A DNA stretch of 64,000 bases. It comes from Chloroflexota bacterium (GTDB lineage: Bacteria; Chloroflexota; Dehalococcoidia; GIF9; JBFMDU01). Location: positions 172,856 to 236,855 of the forward strand of contig JBFMDU010000021.1 in the NCBI GenBank assembly GCA_040753815.1. Direction: 5' to 3'. Below the pieces are notes generated by a model, which made no database searches, was not told where the DNA came from, and saw only the letters and a list, made by a program, of their open reading frames with translations. The position numbers and the translations under genes were made by a program. Shown here in pieces: positions 42,793 through 53,434 of the stretch; within the stretch, counting starts at the first letter, position 1, and each line of letters starts with the position of its first letter.

Positions 42793-42993
42793 ATGGAGTG
42801 CCGGATTGTCAACAATAAAGTGGAATGCACCTGTACCTATGAACCATGCGAGCGTAAAGGCAAATGTTGTGAGTGCGTTGTTTATCACCGTGAGGCAGGT
42901 GAGCTGCCCGGTTGTTTTTTCTCACCGGAAGTTGAACGCACTTACGACCGGTCGATAGCCCGCTTTATCCAGGGGTATTCTAAAACGCGTTAG
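42793..42993 (+). CDS. Small Cys-rich protein (DUF6485-like)
   Basis: CTCTYEPC.RKGKCCEC..YH...ELP.CFF. Confidence 0.8.
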   Translation: MECRIVNNKVECTCTYEPCERKGKCCECVVYHREAGELPGCFFSPEVERTYDRSIARFIQGYSKTR

Positions 42994-43067
42994 AAATAGC
43001 CGCTCTGTACCGTGGGACGATTATATTGCATTCGTCCCTAGGGGGGCGTGAGTACAGGTTGATTATC

Positions 43068-43166
43068 ATGAATAAGCGAAAGAAGGTAGCACTCAGGAAG
43101 CATCGCAGGGCCCGTCAGAAGCTGGAGGCCAGGGCCAGGGCTAAAACCTCCCGGGCTCGGCCTTGA
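43068..43166 (+). CDS. Unannotated 32-aa basic peptide
   Basis: MNKRKKVALRKHRRARQKLEARARAKTSRARP; its TGA overlaps the TTG start of the next gene. Confidence 0.55.
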   Translation: MNKRKKVALRKHRRARQKLEARARAKTSRARP

Positions 43167-43714
43167 TTCCTGAGGCGAGGGCCCTTCTTATTACGGGAAA
43201 ACCGGGTTGCGGCAAGACCACGCTTGTACGCACGGTAGTTGAGTGGTCACGCGCGGATGCCGGCGGCTTCTACACTGAGGAAATCAGAGAAGACAGTGAG
43301 AGGCGGGGTTTCCGTATTGTGACACTTGGTGGCCGCAGTGCGGTCTTGTCCCATGTAAATATCCGTGGCCCATACCGAGTTGGTCGCTACGGCGTCGATC
43401 TTGCGGCGTTGGAAGAGGTCGGCGTGTTAGCCATCCGGGACGCTATCGCCCGTCATGAGGTCGTGGTTATCGATGAAATCGGTAAGATGGAGCTTCTATC
43501 ACCGCGTTTTCGTCAGGCGGTATTGGAATCACTGGGATCCGGAAAGAAGGTGCTGGCGACAGTGATGTTGGCTGTGTCACCATTTGCCAGCCGGCTTAAG
43601 AGCCGTGCTGATGTTAGCGTGATTGTGCTTGACCGGGCTAGTTGGCATAGGATACTTGGCGATGTGGTGGTTTGGCTGGGTGGAGCAAAGCTTAATGTGG
43701 CGGCACGATGCTAG
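43163..43714 (+). CDS. THEP1/NTPase_1 nucleoside triphosphatase
   Basis: ITGKPGCGKTT, GGFYTEEIR, IDEIGKMEL. Confidence 0.93.
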   Translation: MIPEARALLITGKPGCGKTTLVRTVVEWSRADAGGFYTEEIREDSERRGFRIVTLGGRSAVLSHVNIRGPYRVGRYGVDLAALEEVGVLAIRDAIARHEVVVIDEIGKMELLSPRFRQAVLESLGSGKKVLATVMLAVSPFASRLKSRADVSVIVLDRASWHRILGDVVVWLGGAKLNVAARC

Positions 43715-44226
43715 TGTTGTGTGCCGTTGGAGTGGACAGTCTCCATGGGAAAGAGTGGTTGGTGGTTTCTCTGGACAAGGTCTTCGGGGCTAAAGTTGTA
43801 GAAGGACTACCGTTGGTGGCTATCGACGACGCCTGTGATCAAGGACGGGGGCAGTATCTTGCCGGGGGGATACTGGCGAAGTTGGCTGTCTCAAATTTGG
43901 AACGGGGGGCCAAAGTGCTTGGCGTTGCTGAGGTTGACCTTTACGCACCTGGCCTGAACTTTGTCTTCGGACAGGCGGATGCCCGGCTTGGTACCGCTGT
44001 CATTTCACTTTGCCGCCTGCGGCAGGAGTTTTACGGCTTGCCGGCGGATGATCAGTTATTCCGTGACCGTGCTTTGAAAGAGGCCGTCCATGAGATAGGG
44101 CATACCTTCGGTCTCGGACATTGTCCAGATGATGGGTGTGTGATGCGTTTTTCGAACTGCCTGGCAGATACTGATTTTAAGAGTGCTAACTTTTGCGCCG
44201 GTTGCCGGCCAAAACTGCTGGTTTAG
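43708..44226 (+). CDS. Archaemetzincin (peptidase M54)
   Basis: LNFVFG.A, HEIGHTFGLGHC....CVM, D.K...FC..C. Confidence 0.92.
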   Translation: MLVLCAVGVDSLHGKEWLVVSLDKVFGAKVVEGLPLVAIDDACDQGRGQYLAGGILAKLAVSNLERGAKVLGVAEVDLYAPGLNFVFGQADARLGTAVISLCRLRQEFYGLPADDQLFRDRALKEAVHEIGHTFGLGHCPDDGCVMRFSNCLADTDFKSANFCAGCRPKLLV

Positions 44227-44235
44227 GAGACAGCG

Positions 44236-45795
44236 GTGGCGAAATATCCGGGATTCGTTATGGCAATGCTTGTGCCGTCTTTTTATCCGCATTCTGTAGA
44301 TAGGGTGGAACTTGTCCAGACACAAATGTCGTTTGTCTTTCTGGCCGGCGACTATGTGTATAAGGTTAAGAAACCGGTGAATCTAGGATATCTTGACTAC
44401 ACCACACTGGAGAAGCGCCGGTTCTTCTGCGAGCGGGAGCTCGAGTTGAACCGCCGTCTGGCCCCAGATGTCTATTTGGCAGTAGCGCCGATAGCGGTCT
44501 CTGATGGTGGTTTTTCGCTGGGAGAGGGGGGGGCAGTTGTGGAGTACGCAGTTAAGATGCGCCGTCTGCCGCCAGAGCGGATGATGAACGTGCTACTGCC
44601 ATCTGGTCACGTTACGGCGAGGATGGTCAATAGTCTGTCAGAAAAACTGGTGCGATTTCATGAGAAAGCCGGGACCAGTCCTGAGATTAGCGTCTTCGCC
44701 AGTTTAAAGGCTATCAAAGTCAATACTGATGAAAATTTCTCTCAGACTATTAAGTACCTAGGCATTTCTATAGATGCGGCTGATTACAATCGCATTAAGG
44801 CTTTCACCGAAGACTTTCTGGCATCAAAGGCGGCATTGTTCAGGGAACGTATTCGCCGGAGAAGGATACGGGACTGCCATGGTGACCTCCATGCCGCCCA
44901 CATATGCTTTACTGATGGTATTCAGATATACGACTGCATCGAATTCAACGATCGCTTTCGCTACTGCGACGTGGCTTCGGAAATCGCTTTCCTGGCAATG
45001 GATCTCGACCGTTATGACCGTGGTGACCTTTCCCGTGAGTTCGTGGATGCTTATATTAATGCTAGCCAAGACATCGCTATCCGGCAGCTACTGCCTTTTT
45101 ATAAGTGTTACCGTGCCTACGTTCGCGGCAAGGTTGAAAGCTTCAAACTGGATGACCCGTATATTGCCGGCGATGAGAAAGAGAAAACGCTGGGAGTCGC
45201 CCGCAGCTACTTTTCACTGGCTAGAAGGTACACTGTGACAAGGCCAGCCTTGCTAATCGTCTCCGGTCTTATGGGGACAGGTAAGACAACCTTGGCCGAG
45301 GCGGTTGGGCGAAAGACCGGAGCGGTGGTTATTTCATCTGATGTGGTACGGAAGCGGATTGCCGGGATACAGCCCACAGAGCGGCGTTATGAGGGCTTTG
45401 AGAGCGGTATTTACTCGGCAGACTTTACCAAAAAGACCTACGACACTCTGTATGCAGAGGCGTCACGGCTTCTGGCGCAGGGCCAGTCGGTCATACTGGA
45501 TGCGTCATTTAAGAAGCGGGATGAGCGCCTGCGGGCAGCAGAGGTCGCGGTCAAGGCTGGGGCGCGCTTTGTGGTGGTCGAATGTGTGCTTGATGAAGCA
45601 ATCATAACGGAGCGTCTTCGGGGACGGGCAGTCAAGGGGACGTCAGCTTCTGACGGGCGCTTGGAGATTCTTGGCGCGCAAAAGGCGGATTTTGATACAA
45701 TAGCCGAGTTTAGCAAGACCAACCATATCGTAGTGGATACATCACACCCGCCGGGTGAACTTGCCGATATGATTGTGGAGGAAGTATGGCAGTAA
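44236..45795 (+). CDS. Aminoglycoside-phosphotransferase-like plus AAA_33 kinase fusion
   Basis: [33 protein letters not shown]. Confidence 0.9.
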   Translation: MAKYPGFVMAMLVPSFYPHSVDRVELVQTQMSFVFLAGDYVYKVKKPVNLGYLDYTTLEKRRFFCERELELNRRLAPDVYLAVAPIAVSDGGFSLGEGGAVVEYAVKMRRLPPERMMNVLLPSGHVTARMVNSLSEKLVRFHEKAGTSPEISVFASLKAIKVNTDENFSQTIKYLGISIDAADYNRIKAFTEDFLASKAALFRERIRRRRIRDCHGDLHAAHICFTDGIQIYDCIEFNDRFRYCDVASEIAFLAMDLDRYDRGDLSREFVDAYINASQDIAIRQLLPFYKCYRAYVRGKVESFKLDDPYIAGDEKEKTLGVARSYFSLARRYTVTRPALLIVSGLMGTGKTTLAEAVGRKTGAVVISSDVVRKRIAGIQPTERRYEGFESGIYSADFTKKTYDTLYAEASRLLAQGQSVILDASFKKRDERLRAAEVAVKAGARFVVVECVLDEAIITERLRGRAVKGTSASDGRLEILGAQKADFDTIAEFSKTNHIVVDTSHPPGELADMIVEEVWQ

Positions 45796-47048
45796 AAAGC
45801 TGGGACATTAAAGACCGGTCGCTGGCCAAGTCGGGGGCGCTGAGAATTGAGTGGGCAGCCCGAGAGATGCCCGTCCTTAAGCTAATTCGTAAGCGTTTTG
45901 AGCGGGAGAAGCCGCTTGATGGAATCCGTCTTGGTGCCTGTCTTCATGTGACCACTGAGACTGCCAATCTCGTAACAACGCTGGTTGCCGGTGGGGTGAC
46001 GGTCTCGGTATGTGCATCTAACCCTCTTTCTACCCAGGATGATGTGGCTGCGGCTCTGGTAGCCGATGGCATTCCGGTCTTTGCTATTAAAGGTGAGGAC
46101 AATAAGACGTACTACCGCCACATAATGTCGGTGCTGGCCATGAGACCACAGTACACTATGGATGATGGCGCCGACCTGGTGAGCATTCTCCACACCGAGC
46201 GGCGTGAGCTTCTAAGGAACGTCCGGGGTGGGACTGAAGAAACGACTACCGGCGTTATTCGGCTGAGGAACATGGCCCGTGACGGAGCGCTGGCCTATTC
46301 TATCATTGCTGTTAATGATGCGCAGACCAAGCATTTTTTTGACAACCGCTACGGTACCGGTCAGAGTACCATTGATGGCATTACCCGCGCCACTAACATT
46401 CTGTGGGCGGGTAAAAGGGTGGTCATCTGCGGATATGGTTGGTGTGGCCGCGGCATCGCCCGTAGGGCGCAGGGGCTCGGTGCACACGTAGTTGTGACTG
46501 AGGTTAACCCGATTGCCGCACTGGAAGCGGTAATGGACGGTTACGAGGTGATGCCGCTGTTAAAAGCGGCTAGGGTTGGCGATATTTTCATCACGGTCAC
46601 CGGCGATGTGAATGTCCTTGATGCGCCGCACTTCAGACTTATGAGAGATGGAGCAATCCTGGCCAATACTGGCCACTTTAATGTTGAGATAAATATTCCT
46701 GCCTTGAGTAAGCAGACAGAATCGAAACGTCAGATACGGCCTTTTGTTGAAGAGTACCGGCTTCGGGATGGTCGATGTCTCTACCTGCTGGGTGAGGGGC
46801 GTTTGATTAATTTGGCCGCGGCGGAGGGGCATCCAGCCAGTGTCATGGATATGAGCTTTGCTAATCAGGCATTATGTTTGGAGTACTTAGTTAAGAGCGG
46901 TGGAAAGCTGAAACCGGATGTTTATCCGGTACCGGGGCACATTGACCAGGAAATCGGGCGGCTGAAACTCAAGTCTATGGGTGTCACCATTGATACTCTT
47001 AGTCAAGAGCAGGAGAGCTATCTGAGGAGTTGGGTGGAAGGGACATAG
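45786..47048 (+). CDS. ahcY: Adenosylhomocysteinase
   Basis: [36 protein letters not shown]. Confidence 0.98.
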   Translation: MAVKSWDIKDRSLAKSGALRIEWAAREMPVLKLIRKRFEREKPLDGIRLGACLHVTTETANLVTTLVAGGVTVSVCASNPLSTQDDVAAALVADGIPVFAIKGEDNKTYYRHIMSVLAMRPQYTMDDGADLVSILHTERRELLRNVRGGTEETTTGVIRLRNMARDGALAYSIIAVNDAQTKHFFDNRYGTGQSTIDGITRATNILWAGKRVVICGYGWCGRGIARRAQGLGAHVVVTEVNPIAALEAVMDGYEVMPLLKAARVGDIFITVTGDVNVLDAPHFRLMRDGAILANTGHFNVEINIPALSKQTESKRQIRPFVEEYRLRDGRCLYLLGEGRLINLAAAEGHPASVMDMSFANQALCLEYLVKSGGKLKPDVYPVPGHIDQEIGRLKLKSMGVTIDTLSQEQESYLRSWVEGT

Positions 47049-47061
47049 GAAAGGAAAAGGT

Positions 47062-48279
47062 ATGACCAACAGTTTTTCATCGTCCCTGCGGTATCTCTTC
47101 ACTTCGGAATCGGTAACCGAGGGCCATCCGGACAAACTTTGCGACCGGATATCCGACGCGGTTCTTGACGCGATAATTAAGGATGACCCTGAAGCCCGGG
47201 TTGCCTGTGAAGTGGCGGTCACGGTGGGGTTGGTCATGGTGATGGGTGAAATCACTACCAGGACCTATGTTGATGTTAATCGGGTGGTACGCGAAGTTGT
47301 CCGAGATGTCGGCTATACCAAGACCGAGTACGGTTTCGAGGCTAATACCTGCGGCGTGGTCAACATGATTCACGGGCAATCACCGGACATTGCCCGGGCC
47401 GTTGATAAGGCCGCCGAGGTCAGAGCCAAGAAAGGTGTAGTTGATGTACTGGATAGGACCGGTGCTGGCGACCAAGGGATGATGGTTGGTTTTGCCTGCA
47501 ATGAGACTGTCCAGTTGATGCCGATGCCTATCTATTATGCTCATCGGTTGTGCCAGCGTATTGCCGAAGTGAGGAAGAAGGGAATATTGCCGTACCTGCG
47601 GCCTGACGGGAAGTCACAGGTCACCGTTGAGTATGAGCGCGGTGTGCCGAAGCGAATTGATTGCGTTATCCTGGCGGCCCAACATGACCCGGATGTTACT
47701 CAGGAAGCTATCCAGCGGGACCTGATTAAACATGTTGTCGATGAGGTGTTGCCTAAGAAGCTGGTGGACAGCAAGACGAGATTCATGGTCAACACCAGCG
47801 GCCGGTTTGAGGTTGGCGGCCCGGTGGGAGATACGGGATTTACCGGGCGTAAGATACTAGTGGACACATATGGTGGGGCTTGCCGTCATGGTGGTGGTGC
47901 ATTCTCAGGGAAGGACCCGACCAAGGTTGACCGGTCTGCCGCCTATTATGCCCGGTATGTTGCCAAGAATGTGGTAGCGGCGGGCTTGGCAGAACGTCTG
48001 GAGCTCCAGGTAGCCTATGCCATCGGGCGGGCGCAGCCATTGTCTCTTTCTATTGAGACCTTTGGCACCGGTAAGGTGCCCGATGAACTCATTATGAAGC
48101 TGATTGAAAAGCACTTTGATTTCCGTCCGGAGGCAATCATCAGGAGCCTGGACCTGCGTCGGCCGATTTACCTGCCGGTGGCGGCCTATGGCCACTTCGG
48201 GAGGGATGACGTCAGGTTACCCTGGGAGAAGACTGATAAGGCAAGAATTTTGAGTAAAGAAGCAAGGTTGCTCCAGTGA
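47062..48279 (+). CDS. metK: S-adenosylmethionine synthetase
   Basis: [35 protein letters not shown]. Confidence 0.99.
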   Translation: MTNSFSSSLRYLFTSESVTEGHPDKLCDRISDAVLDAIIKDDPEARVACEVAVTVGLVMVMGEITTRTYVDVNRVVREVVRDVGYTKTEYGFEANTCGVVNMIHGQSPDIARAVDKAAEVRAKKGVVDVLDRTGAGDQGMMVGFACNETVQLMPMPIYYAHRLCQRIAEVRKKGILPYLRPDGKSQVTVEYERGVPKRIDCVILAAQHDPDVTQEAIQRDLIKHVVDEVLPKKLVDSKTRFMVNTSGRFEVGGPVGDTGFTGRKILVDTYGGACRHGGGAFSGKDPTKVDRSAAYYARYVAKNVVAAGLAERLELQVAYAIGRAQPLSLSIETFGTGKVPDELIMKLIEKHFDFRPEAIIRSLDLRRPIYLPVAAYGHFGRDDVRLPWEKTDKARILSKEARLLQ

Positions 48280-49733
48280 GCGGTATCAAGTTCGGGACCG
48301 ATGGATGGCGCGCTGTTATTGCTGAAGACTTTACCTTCGATAACGTGCGCGTTTGCGCTCAGGCTGTGGCTGATTTAGTGCTCCAGAGTGGAACAGCGGA
48401 ACGCGGTGTCGTCGCAGGTTATGACACAAGGTTTGCTTCAGAAGACTTTGCTTTAGCGGCCGCTGAGGTGCTGGCAAGAAACGGTATTAAAGCTCTGCTT
48501 TGTACACATCCGACGCCAACACCGGTGGTCAGTCACGCAGTCCTTGCGACGAAGGCGGCGGGTGGTATCATTATTACCGCTTCGCATAATCCTGCCAGAT
48601 ACAATGGTTTCAAGTACAAATCGCAGGATGGAGCGAGTGCTCCGACCGAGATAATCGAAGCGCTGGAAAGAAATGTGGCCGTAATTGTTGCATCGTCTAA
48701 ACCGCAGGTTGCGTCTGCCGGGGACGCATTTAACAAAGGGCTGATTACGGAATACGATGCTGATCCGGCTTACTTCGCAGACGTCAGCCGGCTGGTTGAT
48801 CTGGAAGGTATACGGCGGTCGGGTCTCAAAATTGTCTATGACGCGATGTACGGTGCTGGCGCCGGCTATTTCCACCGGTTCCTTCAGGGTGGTGATGTCC
48901 AATTGGAGGAAGTTAACGGGGAGCGCAATCCGTCCTTTCCTGGAATCAATCCTGAGCCAATAGCTCGGCACCTTGGCAAACTATGCCGGCTGGTAATTGA
49001 GCGTAAGGCCAGCGTGGGGTTGGCTACCGATGGGGATGCTGACCGCATCGGCATCGTGGATGAGAACGGCGTTTTTCTTAACCAGCTTCAGGTGTTCGCT
49101 TTACTGGCGTTATACGTTCTGGAGGTACGTCGTGACCGGGGGCCGATCGTTAAAACAGTGACCTCCAGCGCCATGCTTAATAAGCTTGGCGAATTGTACG
49201 GTGTCAAGGTCTTCGAAACTCCGGTCGGCTTCAAGTACGTAGCGCCGGTGATGTTGAGGGAGGGTGCTTCGATTGGAGGTGAAGAGAGTGGAGGTTACGG
49301 TTTTCACAGACATGTTCCAGAGCGCGATAGCTTCGTGGCTGGCCTGTATTTCTTAGATTTCATGGTGAAGACGGGGAAAACGCCGTCACAGCTTTTGCAA
49401 TGGCTTTACAGTATGGTCGGGCCGCACTATTACGAACGCGAGGATTTTCCACTTTCCTGGGAAGACCGCCGGCTGTTTATTACCTGCATGGAGAAGTCGT
49501 GTCCGGGCGAGATTGCTGGCAGGCCGGTTGCCAGACTGGATACCAGCGATGGGTACCGGTTCATTCTAGATGATGGCTCGTGGCTTCTCCTGCGTTTTTC
49601 CGGCACTGAGCCACTTATACGCGTCTATGCTGAGGCGAATAGTCCGGACAGGGTGAAGAGCTATCTGGCAGCAGGCAGGGAACTTCTTGGAATCGGCAAG
49701 AAGCCTCTTGCGGACGGACTGCGAAGGGAGTAG
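48276..49733 (+). CDS. Phosphoglucomutase/phosphomannomutase
   Basis: FGTDGWR, TASHNP, DGDADR, GGEESGG, RFSGTEP. Confidence 0.95.
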   Translation: MSGIKFGTDGWRAVIAEDFTFDNVRVCAQAVADLVLQSGTAERGVVAGYDTRFASEDFALAAAEVLARNGIKALLCTHPTPTPVVSHAVLATKAAGGIIITASHNPARYNGFKYKSQDGASAPTEIIEALERNVAVIVASSKPQVASAGDAFNKGLITEYDADPAYFADVSRLVDLEGIRRSGLKIVYDAMYGAGAGYFHRFLQGGDVQLEEVNGERNPSFPGINPEPIARHLGKLCRLVIERKASVGLATDGDADRIGIVDENGVFLNQLQVFALLALYVLEVRRDRGPIVKTVTSSAMLNKLGELYGVKVFETPVGFKYVAPVMLREGASIGGEESGGYGFHRHVPERDSFVAGLYFLDFMVKTGKTPSQLLQWLYSMVGPHYYEREDFPLSWEDRRLFITCMEKSCPGEIAGRPVARLDTSDGYRFILDDGSWLLLRFSGTEPLIRVYAEANSPDRVKSYLAAGRELLGIGKKPLADGLRRE

Positions 49734-49735
49734 AA

Positions 49736-50800
49736 ATGGCCCTTAGCCTGGATCGATACAGCACTTATGAGAAGCTCGATCCGGGGGGTATGGGTGGGCA
49801 CCTGTCCGGTTTTCCATCTCAATGCCGGCGCTCCTGGCGGCGGGCAAATCAATTCAATCTGCCTACGAAATTCCACCGGGTGAATCGCGTTGTGGTGCTA
49901 GGGATGGGAGGGTCGGCGATAGGGGCTGACCTTGTGAGTGGTCTGATATCGCCGGTAAGGGCATCGGTTACAGTATCAAGGGACTACAGCCTACCAGCTA
50001 GCATCGGCGACCGGACGCTGATGATAGCTTCGAGTTATTCGGGGATGACAGAGGAAACGCTTTCTAGTTTTAATGAGGCGCTTAAGCTTAAATGTCCGAA
50101 GCTGGTGATAACTTCTGGCGGAGACTTGGCTGAGGTGGCGGAGCGGAATGGTGTGCCTGTGTTTCGGATTGATTATGAAGCGCCGCCAAGAGCAGCGCTG
50201 GCCTGGAGCTTTGTACCGTTACTCGTTATACTGCAACGGCTCGGTCTGATAGCAAATGGGGATGCCCGACTGGGTGCAGTGGTGAAGTTGCTTGATAGAC
50301 TTGCGGCAGTGTATGGGACAGAGGCGGTGACAGCTACCAATCCGGCTAAAATGATGGCCGGGCGACTGCACAACAGGCTGGTAGTAGTATACGGGGCTGG
50401 TTTTCTTACAGCAGTAGCCCAGCGCTGGAAGACACAGGTTAATGAGAACTCTAAAAGCTGGTCTTTTTATGAGGTCTTCCCCGAGTTGAACCATAATGCT
50501 ATTGAAGGCTACCGATGTCCAGACTTGATCAGGCGGGATGCTCACGTGATTATGCTTGGGTCACCGCTACTTGATGAGCGGCTCAAGCGGCGGTACTGGG
50601 TGACGGCCGATATCTTGCGGCGGGCAGGTGTGAAACATGAAATGGTGGAAAGTCAGGGGGACGACCGCTTGAGTCAAATGATGAGTCTTATCTACCTTGG
50701 TGATTGGGTCAGCTACTATTTAGCAATGTTAAACGGGGTAGACCCTTCGCTGGTTGATCGTATTGCCTATCTTAAGAAGCGTCTATCCAGATTAGAGTAA
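49736..50800 (+). CDS. Bifunctional phosphoglucose/phosphomannose isomerase (SIS)
   Basis: GMGGSAIG, SYSG.TEET, Q.NENSK, PELNHN. Confidence 0.92.
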   Translation: MALSLDRYSTYEKLDPGGMGGHLSGFPSQCRRSWRRANQFNLPTKFHRVNRVVVLGMGGSAIGADLVSGLISPVRASVTVSRDYSLPASIGDRTLMIASSYSGMTEETLSSFNEALKLKCPKLVITSGGDLAEVAERNGVPVFRIDYEAPPRAALAWSFVPLLVILQRLGLIANGDARLGAVVKLLDRLAAVYGTEAVTATNPAKMMAGRLHNRLVVVYGAGFLTAVAQRWKTQVNENSKSWSFYEVFPELNHNAIEGYRCPDLIRRDAHVIMLGSPLLDERLKRRYWVTADILRRAGVKHEMVESQGDDRLSQMMSLIYLGDWVSYYLAMLNGVDPSLVDRIAYLKKRLSRLE

Positions 50801-50818
50801 GGCTGGAAAGGTGCCCTT

Positions 50819-51346
50819 GTGGGCGAGCCGATAAACGAAGCTTACCTTGACATTGAAACTACCGGGCTTTCCCTTGATTATGACTACGTAACGGTAGTAG
50901 GCGTCTCTCGTGGCGGTAGCCGTAATCGAGAACTGGAGCAGCTTGTTAGCCCGGACATCTCGGCGCACCGGATTCTGCAGTTGCTAAAGGGTGCTCAGGT
51001 CGTTTATACCTTTGGTGGTAGTGACTTTGACCTCCCGTTTCTGAAGCGGCATTACGGAATTGACGTGAGAAGCGATTTCAGGCATCGTGATTTGAGGTAC
51101 GAATGCCGGGGCCGAAATTTGTGTGGTGGGTTGAAGGCGGTGGAGCGTCAGCTCGGGATCTGCCGTATCAGGTCGGATATGGATGGCCGGGAGGCAGTAA
51201 GATTATGGTGGCGCTACCGGAATCATCATGATTATGCGGCATTGCGGGTGCTCTTGGATTACAATAGGGAGGATGTGTTAAACCTGAAGACCCTTAAGCA
51301 GTTGCTGGCTAACTTGCGGCCAGTCATTATTAGAAAGACAGTCTGA
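50819..51346 (+). CDS. RNase H-like exonuclease-domain protein (YprB-like)
   Basis: LDIETTG, FDLPFL, GGLK.VE..LG, YN.EDV. Confidence 0.88.
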   Translation: MGEPINEAYLDIETTGLSLDYDYVTVVGVSRGGSRNRELEQLVSPDISAHRILQLLKGAQVVYTFGGSDFDLPFLKRHYGIDVRSDFRHRDLRYECRGRNLCGGLKAVERQLGICRIRSDMDGREAVRLWWRYRNHHDYAALRVLLDYNREDVLNLKTLKQLLANLRPVIIRKTV

Positions 51347-51364
51347 CGGACTTGAGGTACTCAG

Positions 51365-52381
51365 ATGATTGTTGAGATGAGAAAGGGAGTGACGGCAGAA
51401 GAGATTGATGCCGTCAAGCAGCGGGCCAAGTCGCTGGGGCTGGGTGTGCAGTTGAATCTCGGCACCGACAAGGTAGTTATTGCTATCCTCGGTGGTAATA
51501 CCGGGCAAATCCCAACGGATATCTTCGCCGTTTTGCCAGGTGTCGAGGGTGTCGCCCGTATCATGAAGCCGTATAAACTGGCCTCGCGGGAATTCCGGTC
51601 GCAGGATAGTATCGTCACAGTTGGTGATGTTGAAATCGGGGGTAAAAAGGTGGTGGTCATGGCCGGGCCGTGTGCAGTTGAGAACGAGGAGCAGATGGTC
51701 GAAGCGGCTAAAATTGTGAAAGAGGCAGGAGGTGCAGTCCTCCGTGGTGGTGCCTATAAACCGCGGACCTCGCCTTTTGCCTTCCAGGGCTTGCAAAAAG
51801 CCGGGCTTGAACTGCTGGCCAAAGTGAGGGAACGGTTTAAACTGCCGGTGGTGACCGAGGTGGTGGATACCCACGATGTACAGCTTGTCTCGAAGTACGT
51901 CGATTTGTTGCAGGTTGGCGCTCGTAATATGCAGAACTTTACTCTGCTTACGGAAATCGGGATGAAAGGCTGTCCCGTGGTGTTGAAACGCGGGTTTTCG
52001 GCTACAGTGGCCGAGTGGTTGACAGCGGCGGATTATCTTCTTGCGGAGGGCAATCATCAGGTTATCCTGTGTGAGCGCGGCATACGGACCTTTGAGACTA
52101 CGGCCCGCTTCTCTCTTGACATAACCTCAATACCTGTGATAAAGAAATCAAGTCACCTGCCGGTAATTGTGGACCCTAGTCATGCCGCAGGGCATTTTGC
52201 GCTGGTGCCGGCGGTAGCCAGAGCGGCAATTGCTGCCGGTGCTGATGGTCTACTGATCGAGGTGCATCCTAATCCAAAGGAAGCGCTGGTAGACGGGTTG
52301 CAGTCGCTAAGCCCTTCTGATTTCGCCCGGCTGATGAAAGAACTGCGACAGGTGGCCGAATCGGTGGGTCGTACTATGTAA
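51365..52381 (+). CDS. aroF: DAHP synthase type I-beta with N-terminal regulatory domain
   Basis: AGPCAVE, KPRTSP, GARNMQNF, CERGIRTFE, DPSHA. Confidence 0.96.
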   Translation: MIVEMRKGVTAEEIDAVKQRAKSLGLGVQLNLGTDKVVIAILGGNTGQIPTDIFAVLPGVEGVARIMKPYKLASREFRSQDSIVTVGDVEIGGKKVVVMAGPCAVENEEQMVEAAKIVKEAGGAVLRGGAYKPRTSPFAFQGLQKAGLELLAKVRERFKLPVVTEVVDTHDVQLVSKYVDLLQVGARNMQNFTLLTEIGMKGCPVVLKRGFSATVAEWLTAADYLLAEGNHQVILCERGIRTFETTARFSLDITSIPVIKKSSHLPVIVDPSHAAGHFALVPAVARAAIAAGADGLLIEVHPNPKEALVDGLQSLSPSDFARLMKELRQVAESVGRTM

Positions 52382-52399
52382 GTGTGCTCTGGGCTTTAG

Positions 52400-52433
52400 G
52401 AGGAATTATTCCTCTTGAACCATGTTTTATAAT
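52400..52433 (+). promoter_or_regulatory. 7-1-7 palindrome (PerR/Fur-like) over the rubrerythrin promoter
   Basis: GAGGAAT-T-ATTCCTC (52400-52414) at the -35 position of TATAAT (52428-52433). Confidence 0.55.
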
Positions 52434-52461
52434 CTGCAAGAGATGGTAAGAAAGGAGACAT

Positions 52462-52965
52462 ATGTCGAGCAGTACGGATAATCTTAAGGCGGCGTTTGCG
52501 GGAGAGAGTCAGGCGAACCGCAAATACCTTTTCTTCGCGGCCAAGGCCGAAGAAGAGGGGTTGAGGCAGGTGGCGCGGCTTTTCCGGGCGGCGGCGGATG
52601 CCGAAACGGTGCATGCCCGGGCGCACCTGCGCGTGCTTGGAGGTGTCAAGAGCACCAGGGAGAATCTCCAGGCGGCCATTGAGGGTGAAAGCTACGAGTT
52701 CACTAAGATGTATCCGGAGTTTATCAAGCGTGCTGATGCTGAAGGTAATCAGGCGGCCAGGAACAGTTTTGACCTGGCAAACAAAGTCGAACAAGTCCAC
52801 CACGCTCTTTATGCAAAGGCACTCGATGCAGTTCAGAAAGGAAGGGTGTTGCCTGATCAGTTGTACCATGTCTGTCAGGTGTGCGGCATGACGGTCGAAG
52901 GAGAAGCCCCTGAGAAGTGTCCGGTCTGCGGCGCGTCTAAGAAACAGTTTAAGAAGATAGACTAG
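52462..52965 (+). CDS. rbr: Rubrerythrin
   Basis: AFAGESQA, AETVHA, EYE...MYP-like segment, E..H, CxxC..CPVC. Confidence 0.95.
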   Translation: MSSSTDNLKAAFAGESQANRKYLFFAAKAEEEGLRQVARLFRAAADAETVHARAHLRVLGGVKSTRENLQAAIEGESYEFTKMYPEFIKRADAEGNQAARNSFDLANKVEQVHHALYAKALDAVQKGRVLPDQLYHVCQVCGMTVEGEAPEKCPVCGASKKQFKKID

Positions 52966-53014
52966 CGGGCCGATTGACACCGGTTAATGACGATTAATGA
53001 GATGGGGAATAGAT

Positions 53015-53197
53015 ATGGCAGAAGAACCCCTAAAACTTGATGCTGAGATTCAGAAATCGCTGGTGGGTGGGAAGCTACCGTGTGCAGTGGCTTTCCGCAT
53101 CGCCAGAGACCTGAATGTAGCTCCGAAGCAAGTTGGTGATGCCTGTAACCGGCTTAAGATTAAAATTAGCAATTGCCAGCTTGGTTGCTTCCCGTAG
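53015..53197 (+). CDS. Small Cys-containing HTH-like protein
   Basis: LPCA.A..IA..L....VG...N...IKI..CQLGCF pattern common in anaerobes. Confidence 0.8.
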   Translation: MAEEPLKLDAEIQKSLVGGKLPCAVAFRIARDLNVAPKQVGDACNRLKIKISNCQLGCFP

Positions 53198-53434
53198 GCA
53201 CGGTCAACTTAATCCAATGTAGAAGAACGAGGTCATATGGTCTCGCTCTTCGATTATATATTCTGAGTAACGGGACCTTTAGCCAGAGCTCCCTTCGTGG
53301 CAACAATCCCATTAGGGGTCTTTCAACCTTGTTAGTGATACTGGACTAGCGTATTTTTTTGTATAATGACCGCAATTGGCTTACTAACGCATGACGGCAT
53401 AAGGTGGTAATAGAACCCCGACTGGTTCATAGTT

